DNA of 64,000 nucleotides from an uncultured virus (IMG/VR IMGVR_UViG_3300028571_000020) (taxonomy: Duplodnaviria; Heunggongvirae; Uroviricota; Caudoviricetes): IMG/VR virus record IMGVR_UViG_3300028571_000020; one strand, 5' to 3'. Both the position numbers and the translations under genes were made by a program. Of the stretch, positions 7,703 through 16,405 are shown in pieces (position 1 is the stretch's first letter; the number at the start of each line of letters is the position of its first letter). Under the pieces are notes generated by a model, which had not been told where the DNA came from, made no database searches, and saw nothing but the letters and a program-made list of their open reading frames with translations.

Positions 7703-10587
7703 TCTTCTCGATTGTTGTCGAGAGTTTCACTGACCTTGCGGGCCATGTTGCCGAACTTCAGCAAGCGAGACTGTGACTTGAACCTCTTCGGGTCATCTTT
7801 GACGATCTGCTTGACGATGTCTTCCAAGTCGTCGCCCTGCTGAAGCAGACTCAGGTACTTGGTTGCAAGCTTCTCAGCTTCGCTGTTGGAGACCTTGAGT
7901 TTCGTCTGAACGAGTTCCTTGAACTCCGTGACCTGTTCATCGAGCACAAGACCCAAGAACGACGAATAGGCTTCCTTGATGGTCTCGCCCATCTCAAGTC
8001 GGTTGCGGACTTTCTCTGCCCAACCGGTCGCCTCTTCCTTGCTCATCTGAGCTTCTTTGCTGATCATGGTGACCAGCTGTTCCATCGAGTCATCGATGTC
8101 CTCAATCTCGACATCTGGGTCGTCACCAGCATCCGCAAATGGGCCGGGTGGGTTGGGACCACGGTCCTCTTCTTCACTCTCGATGTCTTCGTCGGTAATC
8201 GAGATGGTGTCATCTGGTTCTTCGTCAATGATTTCCACTTCCTCCTTTGGCGGTGGAGGAACGCCCTTCTCGGCCTTGCCGGGAGGCGTACCGTCAGGCC
8301 ACTTGGTGGTGGTGTTGAAGCGAGAACCGGCGAACCGTGCGCCTTCAATCTGAGCTTCGGTGAAGTCAGCACCACGAAGGTCTGTGCCTGTGAAGTCAGC
8401 GCCCGTCAAGATGGACTTAACGAACGAGCTATTCCTCAGGTCAGCTTCGCTGAAGTTGGCGTTGGTCAGGTCCGACTCATCGAACTTGGCGCCAGTCAGA
8501 GTCGCGTCAACGAATTTGGCTCCCGTCATGTCGAGGTTCACGAAGTCGGTATCGCTGAGGTTCTTCCCTGATAGGTTGATGTCGCTCAGGCTCTCCGAGT
8601 AGGCAGCAGATGTCTGGCGGTACGCCTTGTAGCCACGGAAGATCTGGTCGCCAGAGTCTGACTGAAAGTAGACCTGATCGAGGTTCGGGTCTCGATAGGT
8701 GATTGCTGGTTCCGTGGCAGGCACCAGCGTCTTCTTGCGGAGACGCTTCGTGATGAGCTTCTTGTCTGTCTTCGTCATCGAGGCTTTCACCTCACCAGCC
8801 CGCCTGAACAATTCAAGCTTCGCTTCCTTGCTCACTATGAGAGACTTGGCAGTTGTCAGTTTCTCAACCATCTCGACTGTCGAGTGAGGATTCTTGATCA
8901 ATGCAATAAGAACGTCTGAATTGGACTCGACCTTGGCCAGCTTCTCTAGGACGGGCAGAGGCGTGTTTGGGTGTTTGGCAACGCGCTCACGTACTCCAAC
9001 TTCAGCCATCCCGTCACTAGCCCAAACAGCTTCAAGAATATCTGAAGTTGAAGACGGATTCTCAGCCACTTCCTCCACAACCTGCCTGTTTTTGTCTCCT
9101 ACCAATGTCCGCAGGATATTGAGGGGAGTAGATGGATTACTAGCAACCGCACGCCGTACAAAACCAGTTGGGTCAGTGGCAAGCATTACAAGGACTTCCG
9201 GCACTGCCTTAGCATTTTCCGCTAGATTGTATCTAGTTTTCTGGTCGGGACTCTCAGCGAGAGCCATCTGCATCTCTTCTGTGATATCTAGCCTACGAGC
9301 CATCTTCTGCGTGACATCGGTGCCGACAATACTGTTATTCGCGTATGTATTGATGACGAACTCAAGAACGGAACTCGTAGCATTGGGGTTGCCGATCACT
9401 CGGCTTAGAATTCCACTGGTGACGAGGATGGGATTTCCTAGCTTCTTAACGAAGCTAGGAGAGCACAGTTCTTCAAGAATATGAGCAGGTGTGCTTTTAT
9501 TCGCCGCAAGACCTAGCCACAAATTAGACGCTACGTCTGGTTGTGTCGGGTGGAGGTCAACCCCCGATTCAGTTTTTCTGGCGGTAGAAGAATTGAATAT
9601 CTGCTCAAGCACATGAGAAGGTGTTTTCTCGTTTGAAGCCAGAGTCCTGATAACCTCCCTATCCCAGACGAGTCTGTCATCTGTCGCCTCCAAGTAGAAA
9701 CTAGCAATGGTTTCCAGCATCGCTGGGCTAGCCACGCTACCCTTTCTAGCGATGAATGACTTACCTTTGGGGGACAAAGACTTCAGTTGGTCTTTGTCCA
9801 AGCCGGACATGTCCTCGCCAAGTTTGAACAGAGTTACCGCATCATGCGGCCATTTGGTTTTGATGAACTCGATAAGGTACTTCGCATCTTCTGGAGTTGG
9901 GTCTGAGTTCTCAACACCAAATGTCTGCTCAAACTCATTGGTCTTCGGATTCAACTCCATCGTGACCAGTGGCTTGTTAGCAGGAGTCCTCAGTGAGTAG
10001 ATGACGGAGTCACCCGTTTTGACTGCGTCGCAGTACGTCCCGACGCAATGTTTCATGACATCACCCTCACGCTTGAGGGCCTCGTCTGTTTTCAGCTGAA
10101 CTACTTTGTGCCCATCAGCAAAGGTGTACACCACAGGGTTGGCGTCTGAGTCTTCCTTGCCCTTACGTGCAGCGTTAGGGACATAACCCTTCGACTGCTC
10201 TAGAGCTTCTTCCAAGCTCAGCTTGTTCAAGTCAGTCTTGGTTTCCTTGGCCCAAATACAGACGGACCTGAACTCACGAATGAGTTTGTCTGTCAAGTTG
10301 GACTTAGGGTTCAGGTCATTCACTCGCGACATTCGGTTGGCGAGCCAAGGGATGTAGCCGTCAATGATGGAGTTAGCTGCCAGCTTGCTGCTGAGGTCCT
10401 TCAGAAGCTCATCACGTTCGATCTTAGAACCATGCCGCAAGAACTGTCCCTTCCCCGTAAGGAAGACCTCATGCTCCAAACCAATAGCCGAGAAGACGAC
10501 CCACAGGAAGATGTCCTGATTCTGCTTCATCTTCGGAAGAGAGAAGTCGAGGCGCTTTTGGGTGTCAGCTACGATGATTGAAGTCAT
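7699..10587 (-). CDS. Multi-domain protein: PcfJ-like domain, LRV/HEAT-like repeats, pentapeptide repeats, acidic region
   Basis: LKREGDVMKHCVGTYC...YSLRTPANKPLVTMEL; repeats of VRRAVASNPSTPLNILRTL type; A(N/D)FSxADLRx pentapeptides after an EVKAS linker. Start ATG 10587 has CACTCT 5 nt upstream. Confidence 0.85.
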   Translation of the reverse strand: MTSIIVADTQKRLDFSLPKMKQNQDIFLWVVFSAIGLEHEVFLTGKGQFLRHGSKIERDELLKDLSSKLAANSIIDGYIPWLANRMSRVNDLNPKSNLTDKLIREFRSVCIWAKETKTDLNKLSLEEALEQSKGYVPNAARKGKEDSDANPVVYTFADGHKVVQLKTDEALKREGDVMKHCVGTYCDAVKTGDSVIYSLRTPANKPLVTMELNPKTNEFEQTFGVENSDPTPEDAKYLIEFIKTKWPHDAVTLFKLGEDMSGLDKDQLKSLSPKGKSFIARKGSVASPAMLETIASFYLEATDDRLVWDREVIRTLASNEKTPSHVLEQIFNSSTARKTESGVDLHPTQPDVASNLWLGLAANKSTPAHILEELCSPSFVKKLGNPILVTSGILSRVIGNPNATSSVLEFVINTYANNSIVGTDVTQKMARRLDITEEMQMALAESPDQKTRYNLAENAKAVPEVLVMLATDPTGFVRRAVASNPSTPLNILRTLVGDKNRQVVEEVAENPSSTSDILEAVWASDGMAEVGVRERVAKHPNTPLPVLEKLAKVESNSDVLIALIKNPHSTVEMVEKLTTAKSLIVSKEAKLELFRRAGEVKASMTKTDKKLITKRLRKKTLVPATEPAITYRDPNLDQVYFQSDSGDQIFRGYKAYRQTSAAYSESLSDINLSGKNLSDTDFVNLDMTGAKFVDATLTGAKFDESDLTNANFSEADLRNSSFVKSILTGADFTGTDLRGADFTEAQIEGARFAGSRFNTTTKWPDGTPPGKAEKGVPPPPKEEVEIIDEEPDDTISITDEDIESEEEDRGPNPPGPFADAGDDPDVEIEDIDDSMEQLVTMISKEAQMSKEEATGWAEKVRNRLEMGETIKEAYSSFLGLVLDEQVTEFKELVQTKLKVSNSEAEKLATKYLSLLQQGDDLEDIVKQIVKDDPKRFKSQSRLLKFGNMARKVSETLDNNRED

Positions 10588-10600
10588 GCCACAGAGTGGC

Positions 10601-11059
10601 TCACAGGTTGGGAACTTCGCGTGCCAAGTTGTCAACCAAGTAGCTGATGCATAGACTCGTCAGCCCCGCAGCCGACAACTTGTTCAACCTATCCATGGCC
10701 AAAGTCAGCTTGGCCTCGTCCCTCATGAATAGACTATGAATAGAGTCTGAGCACTGAGCCACAGTCATCATGAAGTCTGTCGTCCTCAGGTCGCTTCGGT
10801 GAGTTGCTGACCTGATGTGTGTTGCAGCTACACCCTTATTGCCGTCACCCAAGAAGGATCCCATGTACTTGAGGAACTCCTTCTTGTTGAGCTTCTTGTT
10901 ACCATCTGCAAACAGCACGGCACTGTCCAGCACGACCTGCCGGTCTTCGAGTACACCTCGCTGCTTCGACCCCGCAGGACTGAACACCAGTGCCATCCGA
11001 GTCTTGGTCTGGTGCTCCCGAAGGAACAACAGGAGAGCAGACCTAGAGAATCTTTCCAC
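10601..11059 (-). CDS. Hypothetical protein
   Basis: 152-aa ORF with AAGG upstream of GTG, filling the gap between neighbours. Confidence 0.6.
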   Translation of the reverse strand: MERFSRSALLLFLREHQTKTRMALVFSPAGSKQRGVLEDRQVVLDSAVLFADGNKKLNKKEFLKYMGSFLGDGNKGVAATHIRSATHRSDLRTTDFMMTVAQCSDSIHSLFMRDEAKLTLAMDRLNKLSAAGLTSLCISYLVDNLAREVPNL

Positions 11060-11112
11060 AATTACCTTCTAAGTCTTTGAAATCATGACGGAAGCGCGTA
11101 TCATAGTGCCGC

Positions 11113-11141
11113 TTGACAGGCTCTTACCGAGGTGCTACCTT
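11113..11141 (+). promoter_or_regulatory. Sigma70-type promoter for the SF2 helicase operon, probably leaderless
   Basis: TTGACA (11113-18), 17-nt spacer ending TGC, TACCTT (11136-41), 7 nt, ATG 11149. Confidence 0.7.
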
Positions 11142-11148
11142 ACCTAGG

Positions 11149-12879
11149 ATGACTCTTTCCGCCGTGCTGAGTAACTTTCTTTGGATTCCGAAGGCCCTTG
11201 TGAAGGGCAGTCCCCATCAGTTTGCCCCTGAGTGGGAGCACAGCGTCGACCTTCTCAAGACACCTGAGGGCAAGATTGCTCAGCAGCAGATTTCCTTCCT
11301 GCGTGAGCAGGCCATCTTGGACGGCGAGGACCCAGACGACATCGTCAAAGACCTCACTTCAGCCGACAAGATGGAGATTGCCAACTGGGTAGACGTCGGC
11401 AACTACTGGGCGCTCTGCCGTGGCGACGTCAAGAAGATGGACAAGCTGATTACTCGCCTCGGCATCGAGGTAGAGGACAAACGGGTGCGCCGCGAGTTCG
11501 ACTTCAAGACACTTGGGCTACATATGGTCAGCCCACCGCGACCACATCAAATAGATCCAATTGAGAAGTGGGCAGCTGCCAATCATGGCATCTTGAAAGC
11601 AGCGCCAGCGTTTGGCAAGTCCTACGTAATGATTGACAGTATCATCCGTCGCTGCCAGTGGACAATTGTACTCGTCCATACAGACGTACTTGCCGAGCAA
11701 TTCATCACCAGATTCCGTCTTGGAACTCAAAGGGAGGACGGTACTTATTCTCCCCTCACCAATTGTCTGGAGATTGAAGAGCGAGAAGGTGTGAAGCTCA
11801 TTGGCCGGTACCGGACACCAGACCAGCTGTTCCCAGTCACCGTAGCCACATGGCAGTCATTCGCCAACGAGAACGGCAAGAAGGCCCTCAAGAAGATCTC
11901 CAAGTCGTTTGGTCGTTTACTCACTGACGAAGTGCATGTGTTCGCGGCGAAGGTACCAGCTGCTGTTGTCAACGCATTCCATGCTGAAGTGCGTCAAGGT
12001 GTATCAGCTACTCCGACACGGAAGGACCAGCTGGACATTGCGCTGCCGGATATCCTTGGCCCGGTGACGGCTGTTGGTGATGCCAAGCAGCTTCCCTTCA
12101 CCAGCTACCTGATTCAGACGGGGTGCAAGTACCCAGCGAAGCGCTACCCTTCAAAGGCTGAGTGGGCGCTGCTCCTGAACTGGCTCTGTAAACAAGAGGA
12201 TCGCAACGAACTCATCAAGGAGTGGTTGAAGTACGACGTCAGCCAAGGGCGAAGCATCCTTGTTTTCGCAGACCGAGTGCAATGGTGCATGACCATGGCT
12301 GAGGAGATGACGCGGCTTCGCATCCCATCGCGCGCCGTCGTCGGTGGCATGTCCTCGAAGAAGGGCCTTGCGGAACGCGATTATGCAATGAAGCAGATGA
12401 TGAATGACGACATTCACATCATCTTCGCCACCTCGGTGTTTAAGGCTGGTGTTGACATTCCGCGCCTTGACACCGTCTATTACGCCAATCCACAGAACAA
12501 CCCCGAGCAGCTTCAGCAAGGGCTTGGACGAATGAGACGAGACTTTGAAAACAAACAAGACCCAGTGTTCCGCTATTTTGTGGACTCGGGCCATGGTCTC
12601 CTACTCGGTTGTGCTCGTGGAACACAGCGAACACTCGTCGCCGAAAAGAGTGAAATTATCTTCGTACCAGAGGGGAAGAAGCCGGGGGCGGTACATGCAG
12701 CACGACTCTTCAGGGAGGATGGCGAAGCCATCGAAGTCGCGCTGCCGAAGAAGAAGGGTAAGCTGAGATCCATTGCAGATGCCGAGAAGTCGGCGCTGTC
12801 AAAGGTGTTCTCAGACCTCAGAGAAGACGAACGCCAAGCAGAGAAGTACCAGAAGCGCCTCGGAAAGAACAGGAATTGA
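11149..12879 (+). CDS. Superfamily 2 DExH helicase (UvsW/XPB-like)
   Basis: AAPAFGKS (motif I), DEVH (II), SATP (III), FATSVFKAGVDIPRLD (V), QGLGRMRR (VI). Confidence 0.9.
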   Translation: MTLSAVLSNFLWIPKALVKGSPHQFAPEWEHSVDLLKTPEGKIAQQQISFLREQAILDGEDPDDIVKDLTSADKMEIANWVDVGNYWALCRGDVKKMDKLITRLGIEVEDKRVRREFDFKTLGLHMVSPPRPHQIDPIEKWAAANHGILKAAPAFGKSYVMIDSIIRRCQWTIVLVHTDVLAEQFITRFRLGTQREDGTYSPLTNCLEIEEREGVKLIGRYRTPDQLFPVTVATWQSFANENGKKALKKISKSFGRLLTDEVHVFAAKVPAAVVNAFHAEVRQGVSATPTRKDQLDIALPDILGPVTAVGDAKQLPFTSYLIQTGCKYPAKRYPSKAEWALLLNWLCKQEDRNELIKEWLKYDVSQGRSILVFADRVQWCMTMAEEMTRLRIPSRAVVGGMSSKKGLAERDYAMKQMMNDDIHIIFATSVFKAGVDIPRLDTVYYANPQNNPEQLQQGLGRMRRDFENKQDPVFRYFVDSGHGLLLGCARGTQRTLVAEKSEIIFVPEGKKPGAVHAARLFREDGEAIEVALPKKKGKLRSIADAEKSALSKVFSDLREDERQAEKYQKRLGKNRN

Positions 12880-12880
12880 T

Positions 12881-13204
12881 ATGTCGAAGTTTCGTTTGAT
12901 TGCAGTGAATGTTGAAGACGGTACGGAAGTAGACCTCCCCAGCCCCGAAGAGATTCCGGTTTGGTTGAAGCGTAGCCGCACGGACAAGGATATGTCCATG
13001 CAGGAGCTTGGGGCTATCATGGGTGTGAGCAAGCAAGCCGTCTACCTGTGGGAGACGGGCGAGACTGCTCCCACGTTGGACCGCCTCATCAGGCTCATGG
13101 AGATGTTCGCAGTCGTCGACAAGCCTGCTGATACAGAGCCCAGTCCTGAATCTCTTCTACTGCCTCATGCCACGAACGTGACCATGGGAAAGGCTATGAA
13201 GTGA
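12881..13204 (+). CDS. XRE/Cro-C1 helix-turn-helix protein
   Basis: MSMQELGAIMGVSKQAVYLWETGETAPTLDRL; ATG 12881 after AGGA. Confidence 0.85.
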   Translation: MSKFRLIAVNVEDGTEVDLPSPEEIPVWLKRSRTDKDMSMQELGAIMGVSKQAVYLWETGETAPTLDRLIRLMEMFAVVDKPADTEPSPESLLLPHATNVTMGKAMK

Positions 13205-13485
13205 AGTACCTTCTCGATGAGGACGAGTACCAACAGCTGAAGTCTTTTCAGCGGCTCGCTATCCTGCAGGAGACCGAAAAGCTTCAGGCCCTGTGTACGA
13301 AGATCTGCAATGAGATGCCAGTTGAGTATGAAAAACCTGACGGGTTTTTGACCGATCCACGACCTTGGCATTGCATCCTGAGCTTGCAACGGACTGACAA
13401 CCTTCATGGATACCAAGGTGGATACTGCGACCACTGCCCAGTCATCAGCATCTGCCCTTACAAAGGTAAGAAGTTCAGCAAGTGA
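13201..13485 (+). CDS. Hypothetical Cys-rich protein
   Basis: GTGA coupling; YCDHCPVISICP. Confidence 0.7.
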   Translation: MKYLLDEDEYQQLKSFQRLAILQETEKLQALCTKICNEMPVEYEKPDGFLTDPRPWHCILSLQRTDNLHGYQGGYCDHCPVISICPYKGKKFSK

Positions 13486-13736
13486 TTGGGCGTGTCATAG
13501 ACGCAGTTGCTGAAGTACTTGAGACACATATTCCAGAGTCCCTGCCTTGGTGGCGTCGCCATAAAGGTGGCGTTTGGGAGTTGTGGCATCAGTACGGTGC
13601 CGGGTCGTCACTGCAGTGGTTCCACCTTCAGGAACCTTCAGCTGACACTGGTACGCGTCTCGGAGCAGGGACGCCAGTAGTTGAGGACTACCGGCGCCGG
13701 TCACTCGACGTTCCATGCACGGAGGTCCACGGGTAG
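13482..13736 (+). CDS. Hypothetical protein
   Basis: GTGA coupling to the upstream gene. Confidence 0.55.
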   Translation: MIGRVIDAVAEVLETHIPESLPWWRRHKGGVWELWHQYGAGSSLQWFHLQEPSADTGTRLGAGTPVVEDYRRRSLDVPCTEVHG

Positions 13737-13779
13737 CCACCGCCTGCACGTTCATGCACTAGACTAGGCACTCTTGTGC

Positions 13780-14358
13780 ATGAACCGTTTAGACGTCATT
13801 CGAGCACTTCTCAAAGCAGCGGACGTCCTGAACGCTGCAGCAGCCGGACGGGTCTACGTCCTGCACAAAGACGCAGAAGGGAAGCAGGTCGGCGACTGGA
13901 TTACACCAGACGCCGATCCGGATATCCTTGAAGCACAGATTCGGGACACGACCCAGCAGCCAGCTGGTACCAAGCTGGAGTTCTCCGTCACGGAGTACGA
14001 GGACTTCCCAGACATTGGAGAGCGGCCCAAGCTGTCCACCCTCGCACAGGTTGTGACGCTGCTTCAGGGCAGCCCAGTTGACGTTGTGTCGGCTGCCCTT
14101 GAGGTAGCTGGCCGCGACGTCTCGAACGCAGCCAAGCTCATCGAGCTTGGCTACACCATCCACAAAGACGATGAAGACTACGCCTACTCCGTCGTTGGAG
14201 ACGTAGGTGGTCCCCAGAATCTGGGTGATGATACTCTCATGGCATACTTCGACTTCGAGAAGTATGGCAGAGACCTCATGCTAGAGGTGATTAACGCTGA
14301 CTTGAAAGATGGACGTATCGTTGTTTTCAACAAGCCTAAAAAGGACAGTGAATCATGA
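13780..14358 (+). CDS. ardA: ArdA-like antirestriction protein with an extra N-terminal leader
   Basis: Acidic; EFSVTEYEDFP, EDYAYSVV and C-terminal YFDFEKYGRDL match the ArdA pattern (YFDYExxGRDL). Confidence 0.8.
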   Translation: MNRLDVIRALLKAADVLNAAAAGRVYVLHKDAEGKQVGDWITPDADPDILEAQIRDTTQQPAGTKLEFSVTEYEDFPDIGERPKLSTLAQVVTLLQGSPVDVVSAALEVAGRDVSNAAKLIELGYTIHKDDEDYAYSVVGDVGGPQNLGDDTLMAYFDFEKYGRDLMLEVINADLKDGRIVVFNKPKKDSES

Positions 14359-14537
14359 TCATCATCCACTCAGATGGAAGCGTTGAAGAGAGCACACCGC
14401 AGGCCACCAAGCCACAAACGATTGACATTGACGGTAGTCCGATGACTCTCATCACTGTTGGACCAAGCGACTGGGAACCCAGCGAAGCTCAACTGCAGTC
14501 CTTTGTGAATGCATACCTCGCAACAGCAACCGAATGA
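14355..14537 (+). CDS. Small hypothetical protein
   Basis: ATGA coupling; ends at a terminator. Confidence 0.6.
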   Translation: MIIIHSDGSVEESTPQATKPQTIDIDGSPMTLITVGPSDWEPSEAQLQSFVNAYLATATE

Positions 14538-14568
14538 GAAAGGGCCACTAAGTGGCCCTTTCCTTTTC
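14538..14568. terminator. Intrinsic terminator between convergent genes
   Basis: GAAAGGGCCACT-A-AGTGGCCCTTTC followed by CTTTTC. Confidence 0.8.
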
Positions 14569-15055
14569 AATTGATGCTGTAGTCCGTGGGTTTCTTCATC
14601 ATTGGGATGGTGACTTCTTCGTCTTCCTCATCGTCGTCTTCCCCACCCTCAACTTCGTCATCATCGAACGAGATGAAGTCGCTCATTGTGCTGACGACCG
14701 CTTCAGACAGCTTGGTGTCTGCCATGCAGAGAATGGTCACGGCGTGCTCCGACTCATCGGCGTCAGAGACGTGGTCGACCTCGATGTGAAGAACACGCTT
14801 ATCTGCTTGGTCCATCTTGTCGATGATGATGTTCACCGCAAGAGCCTCAAGCTCGTCAACGATGTCAGCGTGTGACATGTTCTGTTCAAGAGCGATGAGC
14901 GCATACGCCAAGGACTCTTCAACCACAGCCATCCGAGAGATGTCCGAAGGGATTGGAGTGAGTCCAAGCAGGGAGTTCACCAACCGGTTCAAAGCCTTCT
15001 TGTTTGTGTCCTCTTCGTCCATGCTCTTCTTCCGTTTCTTGGAGATGGCCGTCAT
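14567..15055 (-). CDS. Acidic hypothetical protein
   Basis: ATGA coupling with the HNH gene; D/E-rich C-terminus. Confidence 0.7.
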   Translation of the reverse strand: MTAISKKRKKSMDEEDTNKKALNRLVNSLLGLTPIPSDISRMAVVEESLAYALIALEQNMSHADIVDELEALAVNIIIDKMDQADKRVLHIEVDHVSDADESEHAVTILCMADTKLSEAVVSTMSDFISFDDDEVEGGEDDDEEDEEVTIPMMKKPTDYSIN

Positions 15056-15525
15056 TTCAAGGACCTCTTTATCATTTCAGCGGCCAGTGCTTTAGCGGTC
15101 ATCTTGCCTTCCTTGGCGAGGACCTTCACCCTACTCCAGACTTCCTTGTCAACAGAGATTGTGACTTGAACGACGTCCCGGTGAAGGCCGAATGCCCCAC
15201 CCGTTTCCTTCTCCGCTTCGGCAGCCTCGTTGGCCAACTCCCATAGATTTGAGCGAGCTTTTGCCTTCGAAGGAAAGATTGAGCTTGTGAGATCGTAGGC
15301 TGACGAAGCCTTACCTTGAACCAAGAACTCCTGAACCCGGTGCAGACGAGTGTGACAAGAAGCGCAGAGCCACACCCGATTTCCTACATCGTCTGTACCA
15401 CCAAAGGCACGTGGTGTGCGGTGGTGGTCGTGAGCCGTGGCAAGCGGTTCCATTGTCTCGCAGATCGCACAAGAAATCTTGTGGTCTGGGGGTAGCTTGC
15501 CACGGCTCTTACGAAGGTCCGACAA
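15052..15525 (-). CDS. HNH endonuclease with possible C-terminal ribbon-helix-helix
   Basis: CAIC...HDHHRTPRAFGGTDDVGNRVWLCASCH; C-terminal VTISVDKEVWSRVKVLAKEGKMTAKALAAEMI. Confidence 0.8.
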   Translation of the reverse strand: MSDLRKSRGKLPPDHKISCAICETMEPLATAHDHHRTPRAFGGTDDVGNRVWLCASCHTRLHRVQEFLVQGKASSAYDLTSSIFPSKAKARSNLWELANEAAEAEKETGGAFGLHRDVVQVTISVDKEVWSRVKVLAKEGKMTAKALAAEMIKRSLK

Positions 15526-16101
15526 TCAGACCTCGGTCTTGGCCTTACGGCCACGCTTCTTCGGCTCTTCACCTTCAACAGCCGCTGGGGCTTCGACTGG
15601 AGCTTCTGGCTCAGCAGCAGGAGCTTCAACTGGAGCTTCAACTGGAGCTTCAACTGGAGCTTCAACTGGAGCTTCAACTGGAGCTTCAACTGGAGCTTCG
15701 ACTGGAGCTTCAACTGGAGCTTCAGGCTCAGCAGCAGGAGCTTCAACTGGAGCTTCAACTGGAGCTTCAGGCTCAGCCGCTGGAGCTTCGTCGTCGTCGT
15801 CCAAGGTACCAGCGGCAGCGGCTTCGAGACCAGCGGCCACAGCGGTGGCTTCCTCTAGAGAGAACCGGCCTTCAGCGAGGGCATCGGCAACAATCTTCAA
15901 CTCAACTGAGATGTCTGGGATGACGGAGATACCAATCAGGTTCGCGCGAACGAGACGGGTAACAGCGGTGTTGCCCAGCAACGCCTGATACCCCTGCTCG
16001 GTCAGGATGTACACTGGGCTCTTTCCGTTCTGGATAACGGACAAGATGGGGTGTGGAATGGCCACTGGGCCTGCGGAGAAGTTTGAGATCTGAACTTTCA
16101 T
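15526..16101 (-). CDS. Protein with shared N-terminal module, (APVE)n linker and basic tail
   Basis: ATG 16101 after AAAGG; APVE tandem repeats; ends PKKRGRKAKTEV. Confidence 0.8.
   Translation of the reverse strand: MKVQISNFSAGPVAIPHPILSVIQNGKSPVYILTEQGYQALLGNTAVTRLVRANLIGISVIPDISVELKIVADALAEGRFSLEEATAVAAGLEAAAAGTLDDDDEAPAAEPEAPVEAPVEAPAAEPEAPVEAPVEAPVEAPVEAPVEAPVEAPVEAPVEAPAAEPEAPVEAPAAVEGEEPKKRGRKAKTEV
15587..15790. repeat. Coding 12-nt tandem repeat (GGAGCTTCAACT)n
   Basis: Directly visible; encodes APVE on the minus strand. Confidence 0.95.
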
Positions 16102-16112
16102 GTGATTGCCTT

Positions 16113-16385
16113 TCAATCAAGAGTGACTGTGACGTGCCCCATACGAACAGCATTGAGGAGAGATTTACTTTCTCTCCATGCCTCGATGGGACAGGACTCT
16201 AGGAGGTTGACCCAGCGAGGCTGAGCCTTCCCCACAGAGGATGGGAGAAAGACGGTAATCGACTTGCCGTCCTTCGTGTAGCAAACGATTTGTAGCTCAC
16301 CAACAATGTTGCTCTTGGCGTTGACGGTTTTGATACCGGCTCTAGCCAAAGACTTCGTCAGGGATGCTTTCTCACGTACCGTCAT
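16113..16385 (-). CDS. Small protein consisting mostly of the shared N-terminal module
   Basis: GAGG RBS; AWRESKSLLNAVRMGHVTV resembles SLRNSKSFRDMFNAGMLEV in 62000..62737. Confidence 0.7.
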   Translation of the reverse strand: MTVREKASLTKSLARAGIKTVNAKSNIVGELQIVCYTKDGKSITVFLPSSVGKAQPRWVNLLESCPIEAWRESKSLLNAVRMGHVTVTLD

Positions 16386-16405
16386 GATGCCTCAATCGAT
16401 GTCAT

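Noticed and set aside
15587..15790. Tandem repeat as a CRISPR array, or the (LQLK)n and (GAST)n ORFs as genes
   Set aside because: 12-nt units with no spacers; in frame as APVE within a gene with RBS; the other frames are shadows.
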